DNA from: Utricularia gibba
Taxonomy: Eukaryota; Plantae; Magnoliophyta
Length of the DNA stretch: 64,000 nucleotides
Reading direction: 5' to 3'
Assembly: GCA_002189035.1 (NCBI GenBank)
Contig: NEEC01000031.1
Coordinates: 234,691-298,690, forward strand
The notes below the pieces were generated by a model. That model searched no databases, had not been told where the DNA came from, and saw only the letters and a list, made by a program, of their open reading frames with translations. Below, piece by piece: positions 27,738-41,084 of the stretch. The position numbers and the translations under genes were made by a program. The first letter of the stretch is position 1; every line of letters starts with the position of its first letter.

Positions 27738-30700
27738 TCATCGAAAATCTGACTCGTTGATTTGCGAGGGATCAATTACAACGCCATGAATCTTCTTTTT
27801 CCTACCGGGAAATCTCATAGAAGATGGCTCTGAAGAAATCTCTAGCTGTACATGTGGTGGTATTGGGACTTCAACTGAGTTTCCAGAGATGCACAGTGAT
27901 CCGGACTCATCTTGTTGCCAGTATACTTCCACCATTGTGCCTCTTGAATTTTCTTGGGTTTCTGTTCCCGGGATGCCAATAAATCTAGCCCCCACGGGTA
28001 TCTACATATTTAGCAATAAGAGGATGAGGTTACTTCTTCGGAGAGGAAAAGTGCAAATGGAAGGATTAGCATGACACTAAAGGCATTACTTGAACTGATA
28101 GTCCAGAGTTGAGAGTAAGAGTTGCAAAAGTTCTCGTTGTAGCAGCACTTTCAAGCTCTGCCTGCTTCGCTATATTTAAGAATACTTCTTCGAGAGTTGT
28201 CAGACCAAGTTGGATATCCGTTATGCCAAACTCTTGTTCTCTCCCTTGAAGTTCGGTAAAGAAGTCCTGAGAAACAACAAAAAATGGATGGTTATGCCAT
28301 ATTCCATTGCACTGTTTAGGACCGAATGAAATGGATAGTTTGAATTGCCTCTTCTAATTCAACAACCTATTACCAAATTCTCTTCAATGTGTACTTTGTT
28401 TAACAGAAGACAATGACACGTGTAGGAATATCAGAAGTTTTTTGAGAATTACAATAGGACCCAAGATGACTGATTGTACTCAGTCACTACCTTAAGCCGC
28501 TTCTCTTTTTCATGGGGGATGATGAAGGTGAGAAAGAACTTGCTCTCCTCCTTGGGCGAGATATCCAGACGCTGCAACCAGGGAAAATAACGTGGTAGAT
28601 ATGCTCGGACAAAGGTAGGAAAACGTTCACTTACAGATCTAAAGAAGTCTATGACAGCATTGCGATGATCAGCACCAGAAGTATATTTGCTGTTTGGAGT
28701 TTTGTTAGCATCGTCAGAAAAGCTTATATTAGCAATAAAACCAGTTCCAAACCGAGATTTCAAGCGTATTGAAGTTCCAATACAACGGAGCCGACCCTTG
28801 GCCATGATGCCTATCCTGTCACTTAAAATGTCAGCCTCTTCCATGGAATGTGTAGTTAGTACTATGGCCCGCCCTTTTTTTGCTGCCTCAATGACATCCC
28901 AGACATGTCTTCGAGTTACTGGATCCATACCTGTGGTCTGAACGAATATAACATACGTTAGGCATGATGTATTGGAGGATTCAAGGGACAAAACGTAGAC
29001 ACCAAACCAACCGGCTCATCTAAAAATATCAGCTTTGGTTCACCAATTAAAGCAATAGCAACGCTAAGCCGGCGCCTCATCCCCCCACTGTAGCTACCTG
29101 ACCTCATTTTGGCAGCCTCAGTAAGTTTGACATCAGCCAATAATTTCTCAACGACCTGTTATGATATATAAAGTCACTAGAATAGCATAACAATTCTAAA
29201 TATATGCTGCAAAAAAATTATCTCACTAAAAAGACAGAAGTGGCAGTAGATTAAGTAACAGTATGGTACGTACTGATCTAATTGAAGGAGGCAGTAGACC
29301 CTTAATGTTGGCAAACAGATAAAGGTGCTCTTCACCAGATAAAGCATCCCAGAGGATATCAAACTGCAATATTACAATGAAAAAATTTGCTCATGTTAAT
29401 TTCTTATTAAGATGTAAATATTCAGGAGCTTGAAACATTCACCAATCGAACATCCTAGGTTAACGGCAGGTATAAAATCAAAATGGTGCATTCGACAAAA
29501 CAATGCTCACAGAACCTGAGGACAAACTCCAATCATCCTATGAATGTTTGACATCCCAGTAGAGCTTCGGATAGAATTTCCATAAATTATTGCTGTAAAA
29601 TAAATAATAATACATCAACAAAGATACTTGAGGAGAACCTCGCACTTTGGAAAAAAGATTTACCATCTCCACCCGTTATTGGGGTAATCCCAGTCAAACA
29701 GTTAATTGTAGTAGTTTTTCCTGCTCCATTTGGTCCAAGAAGGCAAAATAGCTGATCCTTGGGAAAATTAAGCCAAATGCCCTGCAGTTTCAATATCCTG
29801 ATGGACTTGAGAAGCGATCTTAACTAATATATCCTAAAGTAAAAAAATTGGGTCTTTACAAAAAGCAAGGTAAAAATAAAAAATCATAGCACCATGATTG
29901 CTAGTATTTAAGCTTCAATTAGCAGCATATGAATCAAGTACCACCTTGATAGCGTGGTAAGGAGAGGTCCTTTTGCATTTAAAGCAACCAAAAGTTGTTG
30001 TCCCGGCATAGGTTTTCACTAGACCACGTATTTGAACTGCAATTCTTGAATCCAAGATATCTTCAGAAGCTTGCATTTTAACTATGCTCTCCTCTTCAAA
30101 TACATCCTCATCATCAGGAACTGTATCATCCAATCCTGGTATTGAACTACAACAACTACAGAAGCGCCCCTCTGACATGGAAAACAATATTTAGTCATAA
30201 AGAAGGTAATAAAAGCCATTATAAATGAGGCATAAACTTATACTGTATACCTCTACCCCTGTCTCCACCTTTCCCAGTCCAGTACCCAGGAAACAAAAAA
30301 TAATGTAGTGGTTTTCTCACGCCATATGTGTTAGGAACAATATTATCAAAGTAGATTGCCAAAATTATCCACAAGAAGAATGTTGAGACAAGCCAAAGGT
30401 AGATTGCATTCTGGGTAAACAACAAAAACAAATATAAAAAATACAATAAAGAAGTAATCGGATTCTTGATGCTCTAAATGAAAGTTAACAAAGTTTTTTA
30501 ACAGTTCTTCTGGAAAAATGAAAAGCGTCTTTGAGTTCTGGACTTACAAGTGTGAGCACACATTGTGTATCATTAGGCGCACATCTACTCCTCCCTTTCC
30601 AGCTGACACCTGGATCTTGAGAAGATTCAGTGGCCCCAGAAAGCAAGTTCAAGCCCTCAGCAAGAAGATTGGGGGAAATAATGACCAAATGAAGCGAGAT

Positions 30701-32456
30701 ATCTTCGAAAAGCTAGTACTATATGGAAATCCAAAAATTGTAACAAGCTGGAAGAGAAGGTTATGCACGAATGATATCAGGATCAAGGTGTGAAAATCAA
30801 ATCATTTATTTATCAACAGACAAACCTGAGACATAAATCCAATTATGAAAATGAAGTAACCAACAGTGGTGGATGAAGAAGACTTCCCAACAAAAGCGGA
30901 CAACATGAAGGCAAATCCTGTCTGTCAAAAGGGAACAATCTTGAGCAGACCAAATCTCCACAGCATCATGAAGTATTGGAAATCATAACGGTTAGGCATA
31001 CCATATTTAGTTGGAATAGAAAGAACAAGAGGAATACAACTGCAAAACTGTTGCGAAGGAAGAAAGCAAATTGGAACATCATCCCGAACAGAACTAGTAG
31101 AAGTGATGTAATAAGGGTCAGGAGTCCCTCCCATGAAATCCATGACAACCAGTAAGCAGTATCGTAAAGCCCCATCATTGTCATAGCCTATTCATCACAA
31201 AACAAAGAACAGGAGATCATCAACTTTTTCAAAGCCCTTAGTTCATAACTAATTACCAGCCTTCAAATTATAACAATAAGAGGTTATTGCCTGGCGAAGT
31301 TTAAGTTCTTTTTCTGTCACCAAAGAAGTCATTTGGAAGACAAATGAAAACATGGCAGCAGCCAAGAAGAAGGTTGGCCCAGCAGTCTGCACGGCAGAGA
31401 ATACAACTATTGCAGGATGGGCAAATTCCTTAATGTTGACTGTCCAAGTGAAGCTTGAATCTACGAAATATGCATCAAGACAACACGGGTATCCATTTTT
31501 CAGCTCAATCATTTAACGGAAAACTTCCAAGAAAAATTATAATCCCAACTGTACTCTACCCCCAATCAAGTATCTGGCTATTTCTCGTTCTGCTGCGAGT
31601 TGAAGAGGAATTTGAAACTTAAAAGTTGGATCCTCAAAATTCCCTCGCTTCGCAACTGGAGTTGAATTGGTCTGCAACCCATAGCCAATCACTGTGGCAT
31701 TTATATCAAAAAAATGGAGAGCACCGGGGCAGTACATAGGATTCCTAGCAAGCCAGTCATCTGCCTCATTGGTTGTTCGAAATGCAATAACCTGCTCATC
31801 ACCGAGTATACACTATAAAGAAAAATTTTATCATGATGAAGTACTCATCCAATCAAAATGAGAAAAAGGTAATATCCGATCCAGGGCTAGTTGAGTGTCA
31901 AGAAATGGTAGCTCTTGTATCCCATTTATTTGTTTATTTTAAGTGTAATAACTGTGATCAATCTATAATATATGATGCCCAAGGGTTTCCTTCGAACCAT
32001 TGTTGTCAAATTTATAAGGGAAACAAAAAGATAATTAGCCAGCACAAGTGATCCACAGAACGCCACGTAAATCAAGATTCATACCTTGTTTTCCGGAATA
32101 GGGCGCCCAGGATTATTGTCTCTGATCCTCTTGACAATCTCTGTAACTCTGGGACTGTCACTCCCACTCCAGACAAAGTCAAAGCAAGGCAATTTGATGA
32201 AGTACTTGTCCTCGCAGGCGGGGATCGGCGGGGCCACCAAGGGCGCAGGATCACGGACGTCTTTGAAAGAGGTAGAGGAGCTGTAGGCCGCCTGTATTGC
32301 CTTTTGGATACAGAAAATGAGGAAAATGAAGAAAAAGGAGGAAAAGATCTGGAGGAAGGTAGCACGCTTGTTCCGCCATGACAGCAGCAAATTCTTGTAG
32401 AGCAATGATTTGAACTGCTGCACCAGGAGACGCCATCCTCTTTGCAACTCCGCCAT
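27738..32456 (-). CDS. ABCA2: ABC transporter A family half transporter, ABCA2/ATH1-like
   Basis: N-terminal [27 protein letters not shown], Walker [10 protein letters not shown], signature [32 protein letters not shown] and the family C-terminus [26 protein letters not shown]. Confidence 0.93.
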
Positions 32457-33630
32457 TTCCCCGGTGAAGTGAAGTTTCAAGCCTTCCCATGTTACCCGCA
32501 GCCCAATTTTATACGTACATCCGAGTCCTTGCCGTTACAGAAACGCGCGGGGGTGCTGTGAGTCATTCTCCGTTTTGCCCCTCTATTTTTGGTTTCTTTT
32601 TCTTCCGAGAGAAAGGCTACTACTAGACTCTACTGGCCGATTTATTTATTCTAGAGTTTGGTCGGGTCATTAAGACGTTCCTTCACCTTCTTTGTTGTGA
32701 ATGCTTGCTTAGAAGACAAGCTATTTGGTGGCGCCACCGTGAACTATCATGGTTGATGCTTGATTCATTCCCTGATCCTGATCCTGATCCTGGGCTGCAA
32801 CAACTGCCGCAGCCAGTTTGGTGCTCGTACGGCAACGCGTGGGCGGGGAGCAGAGTCAACGGGATCGATGTGTTGAAATCTGGGCCGCGCGGGAGACTGC
32901 AAACCTGGACCGCATGTAAGGTCAACACATGCAATAAACACAGGGGGCGATGTTCATCCGCTATACAGCATGCGCAGACGCGGTTGCGATATTCGATTCA
33001 TTAAGGCCATTAATCTCATGATCTTGTTCACACTCAAACTCATAGTTGCCGAAGCTTACAAACCTGATGCCTATAGGCTATACTATACCTGATCTTGAAT
33101 GTGAGATTTGATTGCCATCGGAACCCCTTACTACGCACTCTGTCTCTAGTTGCAGCTTATTTTTCAAGAGGTTAACACAAAAACCGTGGTTCATAATAGC
33201 GGTTGATTTCAACCCAACAGGACAGATCTGAACCAGCACTGTTGGTGCCATCCACGCCATGAAAAAAATATATAATATTCATAATGACCTGCTACTGGTG
33301 GATTGGATATAATTAGTTGTTAACAAGAGTTGAATTTGACTTTCTTTTTTTATTTAGCTTGACCAACCTTCTCATAACATCTGAAAAAAGTTTACTTGGG
33401 CATGAAGTCGAAACTCTGGCGGTGCATTTTTATCATGTTTAATATTGTCTTTTATTTATTTCTGTTCAATAATATTAAAAATTCCAGCATGGGAAGGGTA
33501 GATGCGTCAAATTTTTCTTGGCTACCGTTGAACCCAGAATCGGTATAAATTCAACGGTTCCCATCGATGCCACACTGAGCTGAAATCCGCGCAGTTAACT
33601 AGAGGAGATTCTGGTTTGAAGGGGCTCAAG

Positions 33631-36600
33631 ATGGAGTCTTTTTCAAATGGGCGCTCGAGTTTCGGAACTCAGGCAAACGCGTTGCTGAGAAAAAATTTGA
33701 TATATCAGGCGAGTTTTATGTCCATGTTTTTCTGATGAGATTGAAGTTTTAGCGACCAGAATGTCTACTTCGCTGGGGTGGGATGGGATTGAGTATTCGG
33801 TTCAATTTAACAGAAACTCTGTGTATTGATTTTTTTCATAAGGCGTCGTACTATGTTCTTCGTTTTCTTGGATCATGGTGCATTTTTGAACAGATGGATA
33901 TGCCTTGTTCCTTCAAGTTATAAAAGAATGGTTTTGGAATTGTTAAAAAATAGTATCCCTACCATCTCTTGGATCTGGTAAATGAATTTTATATGCCCGA
34001 TGGATGGAATCTTCAGATGCCTTCATATCCATTCAGTTTTACTTTCTTTAAGCTATGTTAAATTTCCAATATGAAACTTGATTCACCGTTTCTTCTAGTA
34101 AGTAGCATACCGTGTGTGGAGATGAATTCTAAGTTACCCTCATTTATCATGCAGAAACGAAACCTTGCTTCCAACATTAGACTCGTTGCCATCCCAGTCA
34201 TTCTCTGTGTCTTGCTTGTTCTTATCCAAAAGTTGGTGAACAGTCAATTAGATAAACCCAAGTACCGGTGTGGCTGTGCTTGTGTTGATGCTGCGAATGG
34301 TCCTTGTGTAAAACAATGTGGAATTCAGTATTCAACGTTGGATCAAGCCGCTTTCTGTGCCATTTCTCATCCTCCAGAGTGGCCAGCCATTCTACAAGTC
34401 CCAGCCCCACAGTACCGAGCAGTTAAATCTGATTTTATGAACTATGGTGACATGCCTGATGATTCATGCAGAAATACAGGGACTTGTCCGGCATCGGTAC
34501 TTATTACTGGGGATAACCTGACATTTGCCCAAAGTATTATCTTGATCCCTTTCTTTTTCTCATATTGATGATGGCTCTGGAATCTGGGTGCTTATAATCT
34601 TTCCTTTGCTTTTATAGGCTTGGGTGGAAGCATGTTTTCGGGGCTATTTAGTCTAAACCTGTCTGATCCACTTTACAGCTTAGCAGATGATTCCTTGGTT
34701 GGTCGCATTTCTGCTTCCTAATTACCTATTGAGTTTAGTGATTATTCCATTAGTTTTGCGGTATGAAGTTATTGTGGCTTAATGATTCTTTACAAATCTT
34801 GTTTTTAAGGGGACGAGTACATGGACTCAGATTTCCAATTTTCTTGAACCAGCTTTCTTTTCTGGTTTTCCACTTGATTATGTTCGATCTCGCTGCTTCT
34901 CAAACTCCAAATTTTCTGTCACCATCCCATTGGGTTTTAATAACATCTCCCAAGGTACCTTCTGAGAAATGAGAGCGTTGATTCATTTCATTATGCGTTT
35001 GCTAGTTGGAACGGTTACCAAAATGTGAGGTCCCCTTATACTTCTCACAACTGTCATATAAAATGCAGATATAGTCTGCGTACAAGGGCTAAATCTGTGG
35101 CGTAATAGTTCAGCGGCAATTAATGATGAGCTATACATGGGTTATCGTAAAGGGAATCCTGAAGGAAAGATCAATGAGATTTTAGCAGGTCTGTTCGAAG
35201 AGTGCCATGCCTTTCGCTAGTAAGTTCTCGTTCTCAGATTTGGACTGCTTAAGTTTTCCTAAGCCATTATTTTGTTGGGCAGCTTATGATTTTTTGGCAT
35301 CAAATGAGAGTAGCTTCACCGTTACAATTTGGTACAATTCTACATTCAAGAATAACACAAATAGTCAGCCGATGGCATTGACAAGGGTGCCTCGCTCAAT
35401 AAATCTGGTATATGTTTCATCGAGCATGCGCTGATTTCCATTTTATTAACTGCAGTTTTTTCAGTGACATCCTTTTGTAGAGCTCACATTATTTACGTTT
35501 GATAAAAAGTTGTTATAAACTGCTACTTGTTCTCCTCACATGAAGGCATCGAATGCGTATCTTCAATTTCACAATGGATCAGCTACAAAAATGCCAATTC
35601 AGTTCGTGAAAGAAATGCCAAAGCCTGAAACAACACTTAGATTAGATTTTTCATCTCTCCTTGGACCGCTCTTTTTCACGTGGGTTACAGTGCAGCTCTT
35701 CCCTGTAAGTAGTTGTAAAATTTGTCTTGTCGAACATGTTCCTGATCTATTTCCTTCAAGTTATTTCAAAGTGTTAATTGCTAAGCTTTACATAATGTTA
35801 TTTACAATCTTCTGACATTCTTCCATTAACATTTTCTCCTCCAGGTTATATTAGTAAATTTGGTCTATGAGAAAGAACACAGGCTAAGAATTATGATGAA
35901 AATGCATGGTCTTGGGGATGGAGCATATTGGTTGATATCTTATGGGTATTTTGTTGCTCTATCCATCTTGTACATGCTGTGCTTCGTAATCTTTGGGTCC
36001 CTTATAGGTAATGACTGCTAAATCATATATCACTAGGAATTTAATATAAAGTTTCAAGTGCATGATCTGTTCCTTGTTGCAAAAAAAGTCTATGATCTAT
36101 TTCACATGGAATCGACAGGGCTAAAATTCTTCACGTTGAACGATTACAGTATCCAGTTTGTGTTCTATTTCATCTACATGAACGTGCAGATTGCATTGGC
36201 TTTTCTAGTTTCTGTTATGTTTTCAAGAGTGAAGACGGCTACAGGTCTGTAAAACTTCTTAATTGAAGAATGGAGTGTCATGGTTTTTTTCTTGTTATTC
36301 AGTTATGAGCTTATAGTTCACAACAAATTTCAGTTGTTGGCTACTTGATCGTATTTGGAAATGGGTTGTTGGGTGGTTTCCTCTTCTCATTCTTTCTTCA
36401 AGATCTTTCATTTCCAAGTAAGTTAAATTTGAAAAGAAACTTCACTTGAAAATGCACCGAATCATGATGATCCTTAATATTTTGCAGAAAGTGGAATAAT
36501 CGCGATGGAACTATACCCTGGATTTTCACTTTACAGAGGGTTGTTTGAGTTTTCGCAGTATTCCTTCAATGGAAATTATATGGGAACGAAAGGAATGCGA

Positions 36601-38428
36601 TGGAGCGATTTAAACGACAAACAGAATGGGATGAAAGATGTCTTGATTATCCTTGCTTTAGAATGGCTAGTTTTTCTCTCTGCTGCATTTTATGTAGATC
36701 AAATCGTGTCATCTGGAAAAAGTCCTTTGGCAATACTGAAAAGGAAAAAGAAGGCTTTCTCATCATCCTTCCGCCAAAAAAGCATGAAAGGGGACAGTTC
36801 TAAAGTTTTTGTTCAGGTGGAAAAGCGTGATGTTGAGCAGGAGGTTAGCTAGTGATTTAACTACAAGGGTTTCACCGCAGCCTCTCCTTCAACTTTCCTT
36901 GCTTGGTTGTGTTTTCTTAGAGGGAAAAAGTTGAACAGCTACTTCTTGAATCACCTGCAAACCAAGCCATCATCTGCAATGATCTCAAAAAAGTTTATCC
37001 AGGAAGAGATGGAAACCCGGACAAGTTTGCAGTCAGAGGTTTGTCACTTGCCTTGCCACGGGGTGAATGCTTTGGAATGCTTGGTCCAAACGGTGCAGGA
37101 AAAACATCATTCATTAATATGGCGAGTAATCTGTCTTGTTTCTTTTTGCTGACAGCAGCTAAGAGGGGATCTGTTTTAGATTTTTTGGTTCTTCATTCCA
37201 TCTTTTACAGATGATTGGACTCGTAAAGCCTAGCTCAGGAACTGCATATGTAAATGGACTGGATATACGAACAGACATGGATCAAATCCACTCCAGCATG
37301 GGCGTGTGTCCCCAACACGAGTAAGCGTGGCAATGACAAGTTCTGTTATGTTATTGACCTGAAATAACTTTGCATGTGACTTCATGAACACTTTGCAGCC
37401 TACTGTGGGGAACTCTGACAGGAAGAGAGCATCTTCTATTCTATGGACGACTTAAAAATCTCAAAGGGGCTGCACTACATCAAGTAACTCTGTTGAGAAA
37501 TACAAACATCAGTTGCGGGCTCACATAAGTCGAGTCATCTTTTAATTCTTTATGTTGATGATACAGGCAGTTGAAGAGTCTCTTAAAAGTGTGAACCTAT
37601 TTCATGGAGGAGTTGCAGACAAGCAAGCAAGAAAATACAGCGGAGGCATGAAAAGGAGGCTTAGTGTTGCGATTTCGCTCATTGGAGATCCCAAAGTATT
37701 TTATGTTGCTGATTGACTTCTGGCCTTGATGATTTCCAGTTTAGTGAGGTCTATAACTGTTCTTTTTGGTCTCGTAAGGTCGTTTACATGGATGAACCGA
37801 GTACTGGACTGGATCCCGCCTCAAGAAATCTGCTGTGGAATGTAGTGAAGCAAGCGAAGCAAAACAGGGCTATAATTCTCACAAGTAGGTTGAGTCTCCT
37901 ACTCGTCCATCCATGCGCCTACTATTTTGCATGTTGCTGATTCATGGAGTTCGCTGGTTTCAGCACATTCTATGGAAGAGGCTGAGTACTTATGCGATCG
38001 GCTTGGAATTTTCGTGGATGGCAGTTTGCAGTGCCTTGGAAATCCAAAAGAAGTAGCCTCCCCTCTCTTTATCACAAAAGTTTCAATGCTTGATACCAAC
38101 TTTTTCATACTTGTGTATCTCATGATAGCTGAAAGCAAGATACGGAGGATCGTATGTGTTCACGATGACAACGTCCCCAGATAATGAAGATGATGTGGAA
38201 AAACTGGTCCGAGGGCTAACACCGAATGCTGTGAGAGTGTACCAGATATCAGGGACGCAGAAATTTGAGCTGCCAAAGCAAGAAATACGTATAGCCAATG
38301 TTTTCGGGGCTGTGGAGAGGGCAAAGAGGATGTTCACTGTGCAGGCATGGGGATTGGCAGATACAACTTTGGAGGATGTCTTCATCAAGGTTGCAAGAGA
38401 TGCTCAGGCCTTCAATACTCTCTCTTGA
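33631..38428 (+). CDS. ABCA7: ABC transporter A family half transporter, ABCA7/ATH6-like
   Basis: [93 protein letters not shown] and [18 protein letters not shown]. Confidence 0.93.
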
Positions 38429-39447
38429 GCTACTTACCGCGGCATGCAGATCTACGATGCATCTTGTACAGCATCTCATACTTTACAATTAAACATCACA
38501 CCTAAACCTTTTTTTTTTTTTATCGTACAACATAGAAGGAAAAATGAAGAGCAGATTGCAGATATATTGTTGAATCTGCCGGCAATGGAAGTATTAGTCG
38601 GCGGCTTGCTCTGAAGAAAGAAGAAGTATACGCATATAATGTATTTGCGGCAGCAGCCGGCAGGCGATGCGATTTGTGGGGGCAGGAGGTTGCCATCCTT
38701 GTTTGGTTGTGACGGCGTCTACGTCTTCGGTCACATGGAATGCATTATCTATCCGTGGGCCTTGGGATTCAGGACTGGGGCTCCCTGGTAGGCGACTCGT
38801 CTATTTCCTTCAACTTCGGCGTGTCATGAGAAATGAGAAGAGACGAGAGTCGAGGAGAGAGATCACGAGTATCGAAGAAGAAGAACAAGAACAACAACTC
38901 ACACAGTAGGCCCACCCTTGTGTGGGATCTGTCTCATGCCTTATTTATCGTTGCAGCCAACAAATGCTAACACGAATCATGATCTCAAATAATACATCGG
39001 ATGGATCCAAGAAGCTTTATTATGTAGAATTATTTTCCCTTCTTTTATTAGTGGAAATTATACGTGTACACAATGTTAATGGGATCGATGTCAACATGAG
39101 CCAACAAACCATTTGTCGGATGGGCCCGATTTTTTTTTTCAAGAAAAAAAAAACTCAATCCCTTCTGGTATGACTTTTAGCGCAAAGAAACAATCATAAC
39201 AATGAACCACTAAAGAAAGTTGATGCGCTTTGTTTTTTTATTAGTGGGGGTATTGTTCCCCTCATGTGCCATCTAGAGATGACTTGCACTGGAAGTTGTG
39301 CTTGATATTATAAATAGAGCCTTTTGCTAGAGTTAGGCTATTGTCTACCACCACGTCGAACAGCACCCTTTTATGATTATCTTCTTCTTCTTCTTCCTTT
39401 CATCTTCATTCAACTTTTCCTTTGTTTTAGGGTTTTATTCCTGAGAT

Positions 39448-39714
39448 ATGAATAAAAAGCAAATAGTGATCAGACGAGAGGGGTATATGAGAAGTTCCAG
39501 TGCAGGGGTTTCCCGGTCAGTCAGGTATGCGGAATGCCAGAAGAACCATGCCGCGAGCATCGGGGGATACGCCGTTGACGGCTGTCGTGAATTCATGCCA
39601 GGCGGCGCTGATGGGACTGCTGAGGCGCTAAGCTGCGCGGCCTGCACTTGTCACCGTAATTTCCACCGGAGAGAGGTTGAGCTGGATGTTGTCTGCGACA
39701 ACTCTTACTCCTGA
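39448..39714 (+). CDS. MIF: Mini zinc finger protein (ZF-HD dimerisation domain only)
   Basis: [47 protein letters not shown], no homeodomain, TATA at about 39309. Confidence 0.93.
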   Translation: MNKKQIVIRREGYMRSSSAGVSRSVRYAECQKNHAASIGGYAVDGCREFMPGGADGTAEALSCAACTCHRNFHRREVELDVVCDNSYS

Positions 39715-41052
39715 CCCCTTTGGCTGCAAGAATCATAAAGATCAAGATCAGCTGTGTTTTGCAAATTGTAATTCCGAGTGCCATAAACTATGTCTTGCGA
39801 CCCCTCCACAAGTGCTTTTTATTTTCTTATACCAACCATCGGAAAGAAAGAAAGAGAGAGAAAATGTATGCCGCGTATTCTATATGAAGGGGACGAAATA
39901 TTACCATACATTCTTCACCTTCTTGTGTTACCATTTCATCTCAACGAAATATTACCATACATACCCCTGAGATATGTCGGTAAAACCGTAGTAGACACCC
40001 TGTAAAAAACGTGGCAGTCATTTTCTTTAATGTTCCTCATGCATCTGCGAACCCCGGCCTTCAGGTCATTTTAATCTTTCTCCAGCTTTATGGTTGGTTT
40101 CATCTAGAAGTTGCACTTCAAATTAAAACCAACTTTTACGAAACGAGGACAGGATTGATTTAAACTACGGATGTGTACTGCAGCTGAGATTTTAAATGAA
40201 ATCCCGGGCCCAGGAAAGGAAATTGAACAAAAGTTAATCGGACACAAGTCTTTCAAGTTGCTGACAGATTGACACCCACGAAAATGATCCGCTTCCAAAT
40301 TACCGTGACCACGTGCAATAACCAGACCAATGTGTTGATGCCAAAAATCATTTCTGAGTAGATGTCGTTTTTGTCTTTTTGTAACTTTCCTTATTTATGG
40401 GACTCGTTCTGTGATTACTGATTCGAGAGTGTAACTCGTCTATTGTCTTAGTTAGCCCCATATCACGCATCATTCTCAAATGGATGTTAACCGGGTGACA
40501 TGTCATCTTGTTTAATACTAGTAAATTCCATGTGTCACAGTTAGGGACCGTGAACCAAGCCATAGTTGCAGCAAAAGTTCCTAGGGACTTTGAAAAAAAC
40601 GACCGTCTTGTTATTCTGTGTCTTCAAGTTCATTATTTGTTTGTTTTTTTTTTTTTTTTACATGTAGAAAATACAAATAGAGAAACCTGAACGAAACAGG
40701 TAAAATTAGTTCATTTTCTTAAAAACTTATTTAAATCTATTTGGAAATACCTTCTTTACTTTAAGCTTGCAGTGTTAAGGGCTAGCTTTTGAAGGAGAAA
40801 GGTCATAAGTTAACACACAGCTCTTTTTGTTTGCTTAATTTTAAGGACGGGTAAACCTGATATTATTTCTATCTGTATTGGATTTTAAATGCGTTTCTAT
40901 TGAGGATGGATAATAATATCAATCGACACTAAAAAATCCCAAAACCAGAAAAAACTAAACCCAACGAAAGACGATGAGCATTCATTAAAAAGACCCTAGT
41001 CGGGGCTCCTTCCAGCGGGCGCGATGTCTAATTAAAACAAGATCGTAGTTTA

Positions 41053-41084
<32 letters not shown>

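Noticed and set aside
38570-38800. Possible miRNA hairpin (ctgccggc..gccggcag; partial miR160-like string)
   Set aside because: The arms do not pair extensively and there are too many mismatches to any conserved miRNA I know.
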